Shown: piece by piece, positions 40,401 through 54,400 of the stretch
How positions within the stretch are numbered: position 1 is the first letter of the stretch
Layout of the letters: the number at the start of each line of letters is the position of its first letter
Assembly (NCBI GenBank): GCA_964016885.1
Contig: OZ024759.1
Location: 3,782,001-3,846,000 of the forward strand
Direction of reading: 5' to 3'
Source of the DNA: Eledone cirrhosa
Taxonomy: Eukaryota
Length of the DNA: 64,000 bases
The notes under the pieces: generated by a model
The model's input: the letters and a program-made list of their open reading frames with translations, nothing else
Databases searched by the model: none
What the model was told of the DNA's origin: nothing
Position numbers and translations under genes: made by a program

Positions 40401-43400
40401 TGTCTGTGTGTCTACAGTGTCTGTGTATCTACAGTGTCTGTGTGTCTACAGTGACTGTGTGTCTACAATGTCTGTGTGTCTACAATGTCTGTGTCTACAG
40501 TGTCTGTGTATCTACAGTGTCTGTGTGTCTACAATGCCTGTGTCTCTACATTGTCTGTGTCTACAGTGTCTGTGTGTCTACAATGTCTGTGTGTCTACAA
40601 TGTCTGTGTCTCTACAGTGTCTGTGTGTCTACAATGTCTGTGTGTTTACAATGTCTGTGTCTACAGTGTCTGTGTGTCTACAGTGTCTGTGTGTCTACAA
40701 TATCTGTGTGTCTACAATATCTGTGTGTCTACAGTGTCTGTATCTACAGTGTCTGTGTCTCTACAGTGTCTGTGTCTACAATGTCTGTGTGTCTAAGGTG
40801 TCTGTGTGTCTACAGTGTCTGTGTGTCTACAATGTCTGTGTGTCTACAGTGACTGTGTGTCTACAGTGTCTGTGTGTCTAAAATGTCTGTGTCTACAGTT
40901 TCTGTGTGTCTACAGTGTCTGTGTGTCTACAATGTCTGTGTGTCTACAGTGTCTGTGTCTACAGTGTCTGTGTGTCTAAAATGTCTGTGTCTACAGTGAC
41001 TGTGTATCTACAGTGTCTACAATGTTTGTGTGTCTACAGTGTCTCTGTGTCTACAATGCCTGTGTCTACAGTGCCTGTGTCTACAATGAATGTGTGTCTA
41101 CAGTGTCTGTGTGTCTACAGTGTCTGTGTCTACAGTGTCTGTGTGTCTACAGTGTCTGTGTGTCTACAGTGTCTGTGTGTCTACAATGTCTGTGTGTCTA
41201 CAGTGTCTGTGTGTCTACAGTGTCTCTGTGTCTACAATGCCTGTGTCTACAGTGCCTGTGTCTACAATGTCTGTGTGTCTACAGTGTCTGTGTCTACAGT
41301 GTCTGTGTGTCTACAGTGTCTGTGTGTCTACAATGTCTGTGTGTCTACAATGTCTGTGTGTCTACAATGTCTGTGTGTCTACAATGTCTGTGTGTCTACA
41401 ATGTCTGTGTGTCTACAGTGTCTGTGTGTCTACAGTGTCTGTGTGTCTACAGTGTCTGTGTGTCTACAGTGTCTGTGTGTCTACAGTGACTGTATATACA
41501 GTGTCTGTGTGTCTACAGTGTCTGTGTGTCTACAGTGTCTGTGTGTCTACAATGTCTGTGTCTACAGTGTCTGTGTGTCTAAAATGTCTGTGTCTACAGT
41601 TACTGTGTGTCTACAGTGTCTGTGTGTCTACAATGTCTGTGTGTCTACAGTGTCTGTGTGTCTACAGTGTCTGTGTGTCTACAGTGTCTGTGTGTCTACA
41701 GTGACTGTGTGTCTACAATGTCTGTGTGTCTACAATGTCTGAGTGTCTACAATGTCTGTGTGTCTACAATGTCTGTGTGTCTACAGTGCCTGTGTCTACA
41801 GTGCCTGTGTCTACAATGTCTGTGTGTCTACAGTGTCTGTGCCTACAATGCCTGTGTCTACAATGCCTGTGTCTACAGTGTCTGTGTGTCTACAGTGTCT
41901 GTGTCTACAGTGTCTGAGTCTACAATGTCTGTGTGTCTACAGTGTCTGTGTCTACAGTGTCCGTGTGTCTGTCTACATTGTCCGTGTGTCTACAGTGTCT
42001 GTGTCTACAGTGTCTGTGTGTCTACGTCTGTGTGTCTACACTGTCTGTCTGTCTACAGTGTTTGTGTGTCTACAGTGTCTGTGTGTCTACAATGTCTGTG
42101 TCTACAGTGTTTGTGTGTCTACAGTGTCTGTGTGTCTACAGTGTCTGTGCCTACAGTGTCTGGGTGTCTACAATGTCTGTGTGTCTACAGTGTCTGTGTG
42201 TCTACAGTGTCTGTGTGTCTACAGTGTATGTGTCTACAGTGACTGTGTGTCTACAGTGTCTGTGTGTCTACAATGTTTGTGTGTCTACAGTGTCTCTGTG
42301 TCTACAATGCCTGTGTCTACAGTGCCTGTGTCAACAGTGCCTGTGTCTACAATGTCTGTGTGTCTACAGTGTCTGTGTGTCTACAGTGTCTGTGTGTCTA
42401 CAGTGTCTGTGTGTCTACAGTGTCTGTGTTTCTACAGTGTCTGTGTGTCTACAGTGACTGTATATACAGTGTCTGTGTGTCTACAGTGTCTGTGTGTCTA
42501 CAGTGTCTACAGTGTCTGTGTGTCTACAATATATGTGTCTACAGTGTCTGTGTGTCTAAAATGTCTGTGTCTACAGTGACTGTGTGTCTACAGTGTCTGT
42601 GTGTCTACAATGTCTGTGTGTCTACAGTGTCTGTGTGTCTACAGTGTCTCTGTGTCTACAATGCCTGTGTCTACAGTGCCTGTGTCTACAATGTCTGTGT
42701 GTCTACAGTGTCTGTGTGTCTACAGTGTCTATGTCTACAGTGTCTGTGTGTCTACAGTGTCTGTGTCTACAGTGTCTGTGTGTCTACAGTGTCTGTGTGT
42801 CTACAGTGTCTATGTCTACAGTGTCTGTGTGTCTACAGTGTCTATGTCTACAGTGTCTGTGTGTCTACAGTGACTGTATATACAGTGTCTGTGTGTCTAC
42901 AGTGTTTGTGTGTCTACAGTGTTTGTGTGTCTACAGTGTCTGTTTGTCTACAATGCCTGTGTCTACAGTGTATGTGTGTCTACAGTGTCTGTGTCTACTG
43001 TGTCTACAGTGTCTGAGTCTACAATGTCTGTGTGTCTACAGTGTCTGTGTGTGTACAGTGTCTGTGTCTACAGTGTCTGAGTCTACAATGCCTGTGTGTC
43101 TACAATGCCTGTGTCTACAGTGTCCGTGTGTCTGTGTCTACAGTGTCTGTGTCTACAATACCTGTGTCTAGAGTGTCTGTGTGTCTACAGTGTCTGAGTC
43201 TACAATGTCTGTGTGTCTACAATGCCTGTGTCTACAGTGTCCGTGTGTCTGTGTCTACAGTGTCTGTGACTACAAAGCCTGTGTCTACAGTGTCTGTGTG
43301 TCTACAGTGTCTGTGTCTACAGTGTCTGTGTCTACAGTGTCTGAGTCTACAATGTCTGTGTGTCTACAGTGTCTGTGTCTACAGTGTCTGTGTGTCTACA

Positions 43401-46400
43401 GTGTCTGTGTGTCTACAATGTCTGTGTGTCTACAGTGTCTGTGTGTCTACAGTGTCTGTGTGTCTACAGTGTATGTGTCTACAGTGACTGTGTGTCTACA
43501 GTGTCTGTGTGTCTACAGTGTCTGTGTGTCTACAGTGTCTCTGTGTCTACAATGCCTGTGTCTACAGTGCCTGTGTCAACAGTGCCTGTGTCTACAATGT
43601 CTGTGTGTCTACAGTGTCTGTGTGTCTACAGTGTCTGTGTGTCTACAGTGTCTGTGTGTCTACAATGTCTGTGTGTCTACAATGTCTGTGTGTCTACAGT
43701 GTCTGTGTCTACAGTGTCTGTGTGTCTACAGTGTCTGTGTCTACAGTGTCTGTGTGTCTACAGTGTCTGTGTGTCTACAGTGTCTGTGTCTACAGTGTCT
43801 GTGTGTCTACAGTGTCTGTGTCTACAGTGTCTGTGTGTCTACAGTGTCTGTGTGTCTACAATGTCTGTGTGTCTACAATGTCTGTGTGTCTACAATGTCT
43901 GTGTGTCTACAGTGTCTGTGTGTCTACAGTGTCTGTGTGTCTACAGTGTCTGTGTGTCTACAGTGACTGTGTATCTACAGTGTCTGTGTGTCTACAATGC
44001 CTGTGTCTACAGTGTCTGTGTGTCTACAATGTCTGTGTGTCTACAGTGTCTGTGTGTCTACAGTGTCTGTGTGTCTACAATGTCTGTGTCTCTACATTGT
44101 CTGTGTCTCTACAGTGTCTGTGTCTACAGTGTATGTGTGTCTACAATGTCTGTGTGTCTACAATGTCTGTGTGTCTACAATGTCTGTGTGTCTACAATGT
44201 CTGTGTGTCTACAATGTCTGTGTGTCTACAGTGTCTGTGTGTCTACAGTGTCTGTGTGTGTACAGTGTCTGTGTCTACAGTGTCTGCGTCTACAATGTCT
44301 GTGTGTCTACAATGCCTGTGTCTACAGTGTCCGTGTGTCTGTGTCTACAGTGTCTGTGTCTACAATACCTGTGTCTACAGTGTCTGTGTGTCTACAGTCT
44401 CTGAGTCTACAATGTCTGTGTGTCTACAATGCCTGTGTCTACAGTGTCCGTGTGTCTGTGTCTACAGTGTCTGTGAATACAATGCCTGTGTCTACAGTGT
44501 CTGTGTGTCTACAGTGTCTGTGTCTACAGTGTCTGTGTCTACAGTGTCTGAGTCTACAATGTCTGTGTGTCTACAGTGTCTGTGTCTACAGTGTCCGTGT
44601 GTCTGTCTACAGTGTCTGTGTGTCTACAGTGTCTGTGTCTACAGTGACTGTGTGTCTACAGTGTCTGTGTGTCTACAATATGTGTCTACAGTGTCTGTGT
44701 CTACAGTGTCTGTGTGTCTACACTGTCTGTCTGTCTACAGTGTTTGTGTATCTACAGTGTCTGTGTGTCTACAATGTATGTGTGTCTACAGTGTCTGTGT
44801 GTCTACGTCTGTGTGTCTACAGTGTCTGTGTGTCTACAGTGTCTGTGTCTCTACATTGTCTGTGTGTCTACAGTGTCTGTGTCTACAGTGTCTGTGTGTC
44901 TACAGTGTCTGTGTGTCTACAGTGTCTGTGTGTCTACAGTGTCTGTCTGTCTACAGTGTCTGTGTCTACAGTGTCTGTGTGTCTACAATGTCTGTGTGTC
45001 TACAATGTCTGTGTGTCTACAGTGTCTGTGTCTCTACAGTGTCTGTGTCTACAGTGTCTGTGTGTCTACAGTGTCTGTGTCTACAGTGTCTGTGTGTCTA
45101 CAGTGTCTGTCTACAGTGTCTGTGTGTCTACAGTGTCTGCAATGTCTGTGTGTCTACAATGTCTGTGTGTCTACAATGTCTGTGTGTCTACAGTGTCTGT
45201 GTGTCTACAGTGTCTGTGTATCTACAGTGTCTGTGTGTCTACAGTGACTGTGTGTCTACAATGTCTGTGTGTCTACAGTGTCTGTGTATCTACAGTGTCT
45301 GTGTGTCTACAATGCCTGTGTCTCTACATTGTCTGTGTCTACAGTGTCTGTGTGTCTACAATGTCTGTGTGTCTACAATGTCTGTGTCTCTACAGTGTCT
45401 GTGTGTCTACAATGTCTGTGTGTTTACAATGTCTGTGTCTACAGTGTCTGTGTGTCTACAGTGTCTGTGTGTCTACAATATCTGTGTGTCTACAATATCT
45501 GTGTGTCTACAGTGTCTGTATCTACAGTGTCTGTGTCTCTACAGTGTCTGTGTCTACAATGTCTGTGTGTCTAAGGTGTCTGTGTGTCTACAGTGTCTGT
45601 GTGTCTACAATGTCTGTGTGTCTACAGTGACTGTGTGTCTACAGTGTCTGTGTGTCTAAAATGTCTGTGTCTACAGTTTCTGTGTGTCTACAGTGTCTGT
45701 GTGTCTACAATGTCTGTGTGTCTACAGTGTCTGTGTCTACAGTGTCTGTGTGTCTAAAATGTCTGTGTCTACAGTGACTGTGTGTCTAGTGTCTGTGTGT
45801 CTACAATGTTTGTGTGTCTACAGTGTCTCTGTGTCTACAATGCCTGTGTCTACAGTTCCTGTGTCTACAATGACTGTGTGTCTACAGTGTCTGTGTGTCT
45901 ACAGTGTCTGTGTCTACAGTGTCTGTGTGTCTACAGTGTCTGTGTGTCTACAGTGTCTGTGTGTCTACAATGTCTGTGTGTCTACAGTGTCTGTGTGTCT
46001 ACAGTGTCTCTGTGTCTACAATGCCTGTGTCTACAGTGCCTGTGTCTACAATGTCTGTGTGTCTACAGTGTCTGTGTCTACAGTGTCTGTGTGTCTACAG
46101 TGTCTGTGTGTCTACAATGTCTGTGTGTCTACAATGTCTGTGTGTCTACAATGTCTGTGTGTCTACAATGTCTGTGTGTCTACAATGTCTGTGTGTCTAC
46201 AGTGTCTGTGTGTCTACAGTGTCTGTGTGTCTACAGTGTCTGTGTGTCTACAGTGTCTGTGTGTCTACAGTGACTGTATATACAGTGTCTGTGTGTCTAC
46301 AGTGTCTGTGTGTCTACAGTGTCTGTGTGTCTACAATGTCTGTGTCTACAGTGTCTGTGTGTCTAAAATGTCTGTGTCTACAGTTACTGTGTGTCTACAG

Positions 46401-48499
46401 TGTCTGTGTGTCTACAATGTCTGTGTGTCTACAGTGTCTGTGTGTCTACAGTGTCTGTGTGTCTACAGTGACTGTGTGTCTACAATGTCTGTGTGTCTAC
46501 AATGTCTGAGTGTCTACAATGTCTGTGTGTCTACAATGTCTGTGTGTCTACAGTGCCTGTGTCTACAGTGCCTGTGTCTACAATGTCTGTGTGTCTACAG
46601 TGTCTGTGCCTACAATGCCTGTGTCTACAATGCCTGTGTCTACAGTGTCTGTGTGTCTACAGTGTCTGTGTCTACAGTGTCTGAGTCTACAATGTCTGTG
46701 TGTCTACAGTGTCTGTGTCTACAGTGTCCGTGTGTCTGTCTACATTGTCCGTGTGTCTACAGTGTCTGTGTCTACAGTGTCTGTGTGTCTACAGTGTCTG
46801 TGTGTCTACGTCTGTGTGTCTACACTGTCTGTCTGTCTACAGTGTTTGTGTGTCTACAGTGTCTGTGTGTCTACAATGTCTGTGTCTACAGTGTTTGTGT
46901 GTCTACAGTGTCTGTGTGTCTACAGTGTCTGTGCCTACAGTGTCTGGGTGTCTACAATGTCTGTGTGTCTACAGTGTCTGTGTGTCTACAGTGTCTGTGT
47001 GTCTACAGTGTCTGTGTGTTTACAGTGTCTGTGTGTCTACAGTGTCTGTGTGTCTACAGTGTCTGTGTGTCTACAGTGTCTGTGTCTACAGTGTCTGTGT
47101 GTCTACAGTGTCTGTGTGTCTACAAGATGTGTCTACAGTGTCTGTGTCTACAGTGTCTGTGTGTCTACACTGTCTGTCTACAGTGTTTGTGTGTCTACAG
47201 TGTCTGTGTGTTTACAGTGTCTGTGTGTCGACAGTGTCTGTGTCTACAGTGTCTGTGTGTCTACAGTGTCTGTGTGTCTACAAGATGTGTCTACAGTGTC
47301 TGTGTCTACAGTGTCTGTGTGTCTACAGTGTCTGTGTGTCTACAGTGTCTGTGTCTACAGTGTCTGTGTGTCTACAGTGTCTGTGTCTACAGTGTCTGTG
47401 TGTCTACAATGTCTGTGTGTCTACAATGTCTGTGTGTCTACAGTGTCTACAGTGTCTGTGTGTCTACAGTGACTGTGTGTCTACAATGTCTGTGTGTCTA
47501 CAATGTCTGTGTGTCTACAGTGTCTGTGTCTACAGTGTCTGTGTGTCTACAGTGTCTGTGTGTCTACAATGTCTGTGTGTCTACAATGTCTGTGTCTACA
47601 GTGTCTGTGTATCTACAGTGTCTGTGTGTCTACAGTGACTGTGTGTCTACAATGTCTGTGTGTCTACAATGTCTGTGTGTCTACAATGCCTGTGTCTCTA
47701 CATTGTCTGTGTCTACAGTGTCTGTGTGTCTACTATGTCTGTGTGTCTACAGTGTCTGTGTGTCTACAGTGTCTGTGTCTACAGTGTCTGTGTGTCTACA
47801 ATGTCTGTGTGTTTACAATGTCTGTGTCTACAGTGTCTGTGTGTCTACAGTGTCTGTGTGTCTACAATATCTGTGTGTCTACAGTGTCTGTATCTACATT
47901 GTCTGTATCTACACTGTCTGTGTCTCTACAGTGTCTGTGTCTACAATGTCTGTGTGTCTACAGTGTCTGTGTGTCTAAAATGTCTGTGTCTACAGTTTCT
48001 GTGTGTCTACAGTGTCTGTGTGTCTACAATGTCTGTGTGTCTACAGTGTCTGTGTCTACAGTGTCTGTGTGTCTAAAATGTCTACAGTGACTATGTGTCT
48101 ACAGTGTCTGTGTGTCTACAATGTTTGTGTGTCTACAATGTCTGTGTGTCTACAGTGTCTGTGTTTCTACAGTGTCTGTGTGTCTACAGTGACTGTATAT
48201 ACAGTGTCTGTGTGTCTACAGTGTCTGTGTGTCTACAGTGTCTGTGTGTCTACAATGCCTGTGTCTACAGTGTCTGTGTCTACTGTGTCTACAGTGTCTG
48301 TGTCTACAGTGTCTGTGTCTACTGTGTCTACAGTGTCTGTGTCTACAGTGTCTGAGTCTACAATGTCTGTGTGTCTACAGTGTCTGTGTGTGTACAGTGT
48401 CTGTGTCTACAGTGTCTGTGTCTACAGTGTCTGAGTCTACAATGTCTGTGTGTCCGTGTGTCTGTGTCTACAGTGTCTGTGTCTACAGTGCCTGTGTCT

Positions 48500-51250
48500 A
48501 CAGTGCCTGTGTCTACAGTGTCTGTGTCTACAGTGTCTGAGTCTACAATTTCTGTGTGTCTACAGTGTCTGTGTCTACAATGTCTGTGTCTACAGTGTCC
48601 GTGTGTCTGTCTACAGAGTCTGTGTGTCTACAGTGTCTGTGTCTACAGTGACTGTGTGTCTACAGTGTCTGTGTGTCTACAATATGTGTCCACAGTGTCC
48701 GTGTGTCTGTCTACAGTGTCTGTGTGTCTACAGTGTCTGTGTCTACAGTGTCTGTGTGTCTACGTCTGTGTGTCTACACTGTCTGTCTGTCTACAGTGTT
48801 TGTGTGTCTACAGTGTCTGTGTGTCTACAGTGTCTGTGTGTCTACAATGTCTGTGTCTACAGTGTTTGTGTGTCTACAGTGTCTGTGTGTCTATAGTGTC
48901 TGTGCCTACAGTGTCTGGGTGTCTACAATGTCTGTGTGTCTACAGTGTCTGTGTGTCTACAGTGTCTGTGTGTCTACAGTGTCTGTGTGTTTACAGTGTC
49001 TGTGTGTCTACAGTGTCTGTGTGTCTACAGTGTCTGTGTGTCTACAGTGTCTGTGTGTCTACAGTGTCTGTGTGTCCACAATGTCTGTGTGTCTACAATG
49101 TCTGTGTGTCTACAATGTCTGTGTGTCTACAGTGTCTGTATCTACATTGTCTGTATCTACAGTGTCTGTGTGTCTACAGTGTCTGTGTGTCTACAGTGTC
49201 TGTGTGTCTACAGTTTCTGTGTCTACAATGTCTGTGTGTCTACAGTGACTGTGTGTCTACAGTGTCTGTGTGTCTAAAATGTCTGTGTCTACAGTTTCTG
49301 TGTGTCTACAGTGTCTGTGTGTCTACAATGTCTGTGTGTCTACAGTGTCTGAGTCTACAATGTATGTGTGTCTACAGTGTCTGTGCCTACAATGCCTGTT
49401 TCTACAGTGTCTGTGTGTCTACAGTGTCTGAGTCTACAATGTCTGTGTGTCTACAGTGTCTGTGTGTCTACAGTGTCTGTGTCTATAGTGTCCGTGTGTC
49501 TGTCTACAGTGTCTGTGTGTCTACAGTGTCTGTGTCGACAGTGACTGTGTGTCTACAGTGTCTGTGTGTCTACAATATGTGTCCACAGTGTCCGTGTGTC
49601 TGTCTACAGTGTCTGTGTGTCTACAGTGTCTGTGTGTCTACGTCTGTGTGTCTACACTGTCTGTCTGTCTCCAGTGTTTGTGTGTCTACAGTATCTGTGT
49701 GTCTACAATGTCTGTGTCTACAGTGTCTGTGTGTCTACAGTGTCTGTGCCTACAGTGTCTGGGTGTCTACAATGTCTGTGTGTCTACAGTGTCTGTGTGT
49801 CTACAGTGTCTGTGTGTCTACAGTGTCTGTGTGTCTACAGTGTCTGTGTGTTTACAGTGTCTGTGTGTCTACAGTGTCTGTGTCTACAGTGTCTGTGTGT
49901 CTACAGTGTCTGTGTGTCTACAGTGTCTGTGTCTACAGTGTCTGTGTGTCTGTGTCTACAGTGTCTGTGTGTCTACAGTGTCTGTGTGTCCACAATGTCT
50001 GTGTGTCTACAATGTCTGTGTGTCTACAGTGTCTGTATCTACATTGTCTGTATCTACAGTGTCTGTGTGTCTACAATGTCTGTGTGTCTACAATGTCTGT
50101 GTGTCTACAGTGTCTGTATCTACATTGTCTGTATCTACAGTGTCTGTGTGTCTACAGTGTCTGTGTGTCTACAGTGTCTGTGTGTCTACAGTGTCTGTGT
50201 CTAAAGTGTCTGTGTGTCTACAGTTTCTGTGTCTACAATGTCTGTGTGTCTACAGTGACTGTGTGTCTACAGTGTCTGTGTGTCTAAAATGTCTGTCTAC
50301 AGTTTCTGTGTGTCTACAGTGTCTGTGTGTCTACAATGTCTGTGTGTCTACAGTGTCTGATTCTACAATGTATGTGTGTCTACAGTGTCTGTGCCTACAA
50401 TGCCTGTGTCTACAGTGTCTGTGTGTCTACAGTGTCTGTGTCTACAGTGTCTGAGTCTACAATGTCTGTGTGTCTACAGTGTCTGTGTCTACAATGTCTG
50501 TGTCTATAGTGTCCGTGTGTCTGTCTACAGTGTCTGTGTGTCTACAGTGTCTGTGTCTACAGTGACTGTGTGTCTACAGTGTCTGTGTGTCTACAATATG
50601 TGTCCACAGTGTCCGTGTGTCTGTCTACAGTGTCTGTGTGTCTACATTGTCTGTGTCTACGTCTGTGTGTCTACACTGTCTGTCTGTCTACAGTGTTTGT
50701 GTGTCTACAGTGTCTGTGTGTCTACAATGTCTGTGTCTACAGTGTTTGTGTGTCTACAGTGTCTGTGTGTCTACAGTGTCTGTGTGCCTACAGTGTCTGG
50801 GTGTCTACAATGTCTGTGTGTCTACAGTGTCTGTGTGTCTACAGTGTCTGTGTGTCTACAGTGTCTGTGTTTACAGTGTCTGTGTGTCTACAGTGTCTGT
50901 GTGTCTACAGTGTCTGTGTCTACAGTGTCTGTGTGTCTACAGTGTCTGTGTCTACAGTGTCTGTGTGTCTACAGTGTCTGTGTGTCTACAGTGTCTGTGT
51001 GTCTACAGTGTCTGTGTGTCCACAATGTCTGTGTGTCTACAATGTCTGTGTGTCTACAATGTCTGTGTGTCTACATTGTCTGTATCTACAGTGTCTGTGT
51101 GTCTACAGTGTCTGTGTGTCTACAGTGTCTGTGTCTAAAGTGTCTGTGTGTCTACAGTTTCTGTGTCTACAATGTCTGTGTGTCTACAGTGACTGTGTGT
51201 CTACAGTGTCTGTGTGTCTAAAATGTCTGTGTCTACAGTTTCTGTGTGTC
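48500..51250 (+). repeat. Imperfect triplication, about 0.9-1.0 kb unit
   Basis: aatatgtgtccacagtgtccg at ~48681, ~49574 and ~50595; pseudo-ORFs starting MSTICVHSV at 48673, 49566 and 50587. Confidence 0.7.
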
Positions 51251-51499
51251 TACAGTGTCTGTGTGTCTACAATGTCTGTGTGTCTACAATGTCTGTGTGT
51301 CTACAGTGTCTCTGTGTCTACAATGCCTGTGTCTACAGTGTCTGTGCGTCTACAGTGTCTGTGTGTCTACAGTGTCTGTGTGTCTACAATGTCTGTGTGT
51401 CTACAATGTCTGTGTGTCTACAGTGTCTGTGTGTCTACAGTGTCTGTGTGTCTACAGTGTCTGTGTGTCTACAATGCCTTTGTCTACAGTGTCTGTGTG

Positions 51500-54400
51500 T
51501 CTACAATGTCTGTGTCTACAGTGTCTGTGTGTCTAAAATGTCTACAGTGACTGTGTGTCTACAATGTCTGTGTGTCTACAGTGTCTGTGTGTCTACAGTG
51601 TTTCTGTGTCTACAATGCCTGTGTCTACAGTGCCTGTGTCTACAATGTCTGTGTGTCTACAGTGTCTGTGTGTCTACAGTGTCTGTGTCTCTACAGTGTC
51701 TGTGTCTACAGTGTCTGTGTGTCTACAGTGTCTGTGTGTCTACAATGTCTGTGTGTCTACAATGTCTGTGTGTCTACAATGTCTGTGTGTCTACAATGTC
51801 TGTGTGTCTACAATGTCTGTGTGTCTACAGTGTCTGTGTGTCTACAGTGTCTGTGTGTCTACAGTGTCTGTGTTTCTACAGTGTCTGTGTGTCTACAGTG
51901 ACTGTATATACAGTGTCTGTGTGTCTACAGTGTCTGTGTGTCTACAATGCCTGTGTCTACAGTGTATGTGTGTCTACAGTGTCTGTGTCTACAGTGTCTG
52001 TGTGTCTACAGTGTCTGTGTGTCTACAGTGTCTGTGTGTCTACAGTGTCTATGTCTACAGTGTCTGTGTCTACAGTGTCTGTGTGTCTACAGTGTCTGTG
52101 TGCCTACAATGTCTGTGTGTCAACAGTGACTGTGTGTCTACAGTGTCTGTGTGTCTACAGTGTCTGTGTGTCTACAGTGTCTGTGTGCCTACAATGTCTG
52201 TGTGCCTACAATGTCTGCGTGTCTACAGTGTCTGTGTGTCTACAGTGTCTGTGTGTCTACAGTGTCTGTGTGTTTACAGTGTCTGTGTGTCTACAATGTC
52301 TGTGTGTCTACAGTGTCTGTGTGTCTACAATGTCTGTGTATCTACAATGTCTGTGTGTGTACAATATCTGTGTGTCTACAATGTCTGTGTGTCTACAATG
52401 TCTGTGTGTCTACAGTCTCTGTGTGTCTACAGTGTCTGTGTCTACAGTGTCTGTGTGTCTACAGTGTCTGTGTCTACAGTGTCTGTGTGTCTACAGTGTC
52501 TGTGTGTCTACAATGTCTGTGTGTCTACAATGTCTGTGTGTCTACAATGTCTGTGTGTCTACAATGTCTGTGTGTCTACAGTGTCTGTGTGTCTACAGTG
52601 TCTGTGTCTCTACATTGTCTGTGTGTCTACAGTGTCTGTATCTACAGTGTCTGTGTGTCTACAGTGTCTGTGTGTCTGTGTCTACAGTGTCTGTGTTTCT
52701 ACAGTGTCTGTGTCTACAGTGTCTGTGTGTCTACAGTGTCTGTGTGTCCACAATGTCTGTGTGTCTACAATGTCTGTGTGTCTACAATGTCTGTGTGTCT
52801 ACAGTGTCTGTGTGTCTACAGTGTCTGTATCTACATTGTCTGTATCTACAGTGTCTGTGTCTCTACAGTGTCTATGTCTACAATGTCTGTGTGTCTACAG
52901 TGTCTGTGTGTCTACAGTGTCTGTGTGTCTACAGTGTCTGTGTCTAAAGTGTCTGTGTCTCTACAGTGACTGTGTGTCTACAGTGTCTGTGTGTCTAAAA
53001 TGTCTGTGTCTACAGTTTCTGTGTCTACAGTGTCTGTGTGTCTACAATGTCTGTGTGTCTACAGTGTCTGTGTCTACAGTGTCTGTGTGTCTAAAATGTC
53101 TGTGTCTACAGTGACTGTGTGTCTACAGTGTCTGTGTGTCTACAATGTTTGTGTGTCTACAGTGTCTGTGTGTCTACACTGTCTGTGTCTACAATGTCTG
53201 TGTGTCTACAGTGTCTGTGTGTCTAAAATTTCTGTGTCTACAGTGACTGTGTGTCTACAGTGTCTCTGTGTCTACAATGCCTGTGTCTACAGTGTTTGTG
53301 TGTCTACAGTGTCTGTGTCTACAGTGTCTGTGTGTCTACAGTGTCTGTGTGTCTACAATGTCTGTGTGTCTACAATGTCTGTGTGTCTACAGTGTCTGTG
53401 TGTCTACAGTGTCTGTGTTTCTACAGTATCTGTGTGTCTACAGTGACTGCATATACAGTATCTGTGTGTCTACAGTGTCTGTGTGTCTACAATGCCTTTG
53501 TCTACAGTGTCTGTGTGTCTACAATGTCTGTGTCTACAGTGTCTGTGTGTCTAAAATGTCTACAGTGACTGTGTGTCTACAGTGTCTGTGTGTCTACAAT
53601 GTCTGTGTGTCTACAGTGTCTGTGTGTCTACAATGCCTTTGTCTACAGTGTTTCTGTGTCTACAATGCCTGTGTCTACAGTGCCTGTGTCTACAATGTCT
53701 GTGTGTCTACAGTGTCTGTGTGTCTACAGTGTCTGTGTCTACAGTGTCTGTGTGTCTACAGTGTCTGTGTCTACAGTGTCTGTGTGTCTACAGTGTCTGT
53801 GTGTCTACAATGTCTGTGTGTCTACAATGTCTGTGTGTCTACAATGTCTGTGTGTCTACAATGTCTGTTTGTCTACAATGTCTGTGTGTCTACAGTGTCT
53901 GTGTGTCTACAGTGTCTGTGTTTCTACAGTGTCTGTGTGTCTACAGTGACTGTATATACAGTGTCTGTGTGTCTACAGTGTCTGTGTGTCTACAGTGTCT
54001 GTGTGTCTACAATGCCTGTGTCTACAGTGTATGTGTGTCTACAGTGTCTGTGTCTACAGTGTCTGTGTGTCTACAGTGTCTGTGTGTCTACAGTGTCTAT
54101 GTCTACAGTGTCTGTGTCTACAGTGTCTGTGTGTCTACAGTGTCTGTGTGCCTACAATGTCTGTGTGTCAACAGTGACTGTGTGTCTACAGTGTCTGTGT
54201 GTCTACAGTGTCTGTGTGTCTACAGTGTCTGTGTGCCTACAATGTCTGTGTGCCTACAATGTCTGTGTGCCTACAATGTCTGCGTGTCTACAGTGTCTGT
54301 GTGTCTACAGTGTCTGTGTGTTTACAGTGTCTGTGTGTCTACAATGTCTGTGTGTCTACAGTGTCTGTGTGTCTACAGTGTCTGTGTGTCTACAGTGTCT

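Larger units (their letters stand above)
1..47000 (+). repeat. Homogenised core with irregular higher-order repeats (about 2.9-6.0 kb)
   Basis: The rare variant TAAGG recurs at 11, 4841, 8298, 11181, 17207, 23214, 26528, 31813, 37314, 40794 and 45572, each in the same local variant context. Identical or near-identical 62-aa pseudo-ORFs start at 23, 4853, 17219, 23226 and 26540. Confidence 0.9.
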
